NCBI GenBank assembly: GCA_947647275.1
Contig: CANSJQ010000002.1
Span: forward strand, 192,754 to 256,753
Length of the DNA: 64,000 bases
Direction: 5' to 3'
From: an uncultured Clostridiaceae bacterium
GTDB lineage: Bacteria > Bacillota > Clostridia > TANB77 > CAG-508
Each line of letters starts with the position of its first letter. Within the stretch, counting starts at the first letter, position 1. Shown piece by piece: positions 63,716 through 64,000 of the stretch. The notes beneath the pieces are model-generated. The model ran no database searches and was not told the DNA's origin. It saw only the letters and a program-made list of their open reading frames with translations. The translations under genes were made by a program, and so were the position numbers.

Positions 63716-64000
63716 ATTAACTTTGTATTTTTATTTTCTTTTATTTCCTTCTCTATTTTATTACAAGCATGAAGTACAGTTGTATGATCTCTATTTCCAA
63801 AATCTTTACCTATTTGAGGAAGTGAAAGTTGAGGAACACTTCTACACAAATACATAGCAATTTGTCTAGGAAATACTACATCATTAGAACGTTTAATACC
63901 AACTAAATCCTTAGGGTCAATATTAAAATATTTTGCAACTGTTTCTTGTATATAAGCTGATGAAATAACTTTATCTTTAGAAGAAACAATTTCATTTATT
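63676..64000 (-). CDS. dnaA: Replication initiator DnaA, 3' end
   Basis: PRQIAMYLCR..SLPQIGKDFGNRDHTTVLHAC domain IV. Confidence 0.97.
   Translation of the reverse strand, partial: INEIVSSKDKVISSAYIQETVAKYFNIDPKDLVGIKRSNDVVFPRQIAMYLCRSVPQLSLPQIGKDFGNRDHTTVLHACNKIEKEIKENKNTKLIVDSVKNILLADK

Overview
This is a very AT-rich Firmicutes (Clostridia-like) chromosomal segment ending at the replication origin (dnaA 3' end, oriC with DnaA boxes and DnaA-trios, dnaN, recF, gyrB, gyrA). The left end is an integrative element (mobC, oriT-like hairpins, xis, tyrosine integrase) inserted at tRNA-fMet. The middle holds housekeeping and envelope genes, SRP RNA and six more tRNAs. Main surprises: (1) four unrelated genes are each broken by the same +1 frameshift, an in-frame CGG codon followed by A (NNN-CGG-A). 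Skipping one base restores a Gly GGA codon and a full-length protein, and in-frame CGG is almost absent elsewhere, which suggests systematic +1/quadruplet recoding. (2) tRNA-Thr(UGU) is split by a 242-nt group I intron, with a free-standing HNH endonuclease gene just downstream. (3) A ~410-nt star-shaped structured RNA candidate with repeated junction motifs follows a sigma-G-like promoter. (4) A relaxase-less T4SS-like gene set is split on both sides of gyrA, and two modular type IV pilins share an N-terminus but have unrelated C-termini. (5) Several DNA-uptake/transfer genes appear to start at ATA/ATT. All family assignments come from motif recognition by eye; no searches were run.
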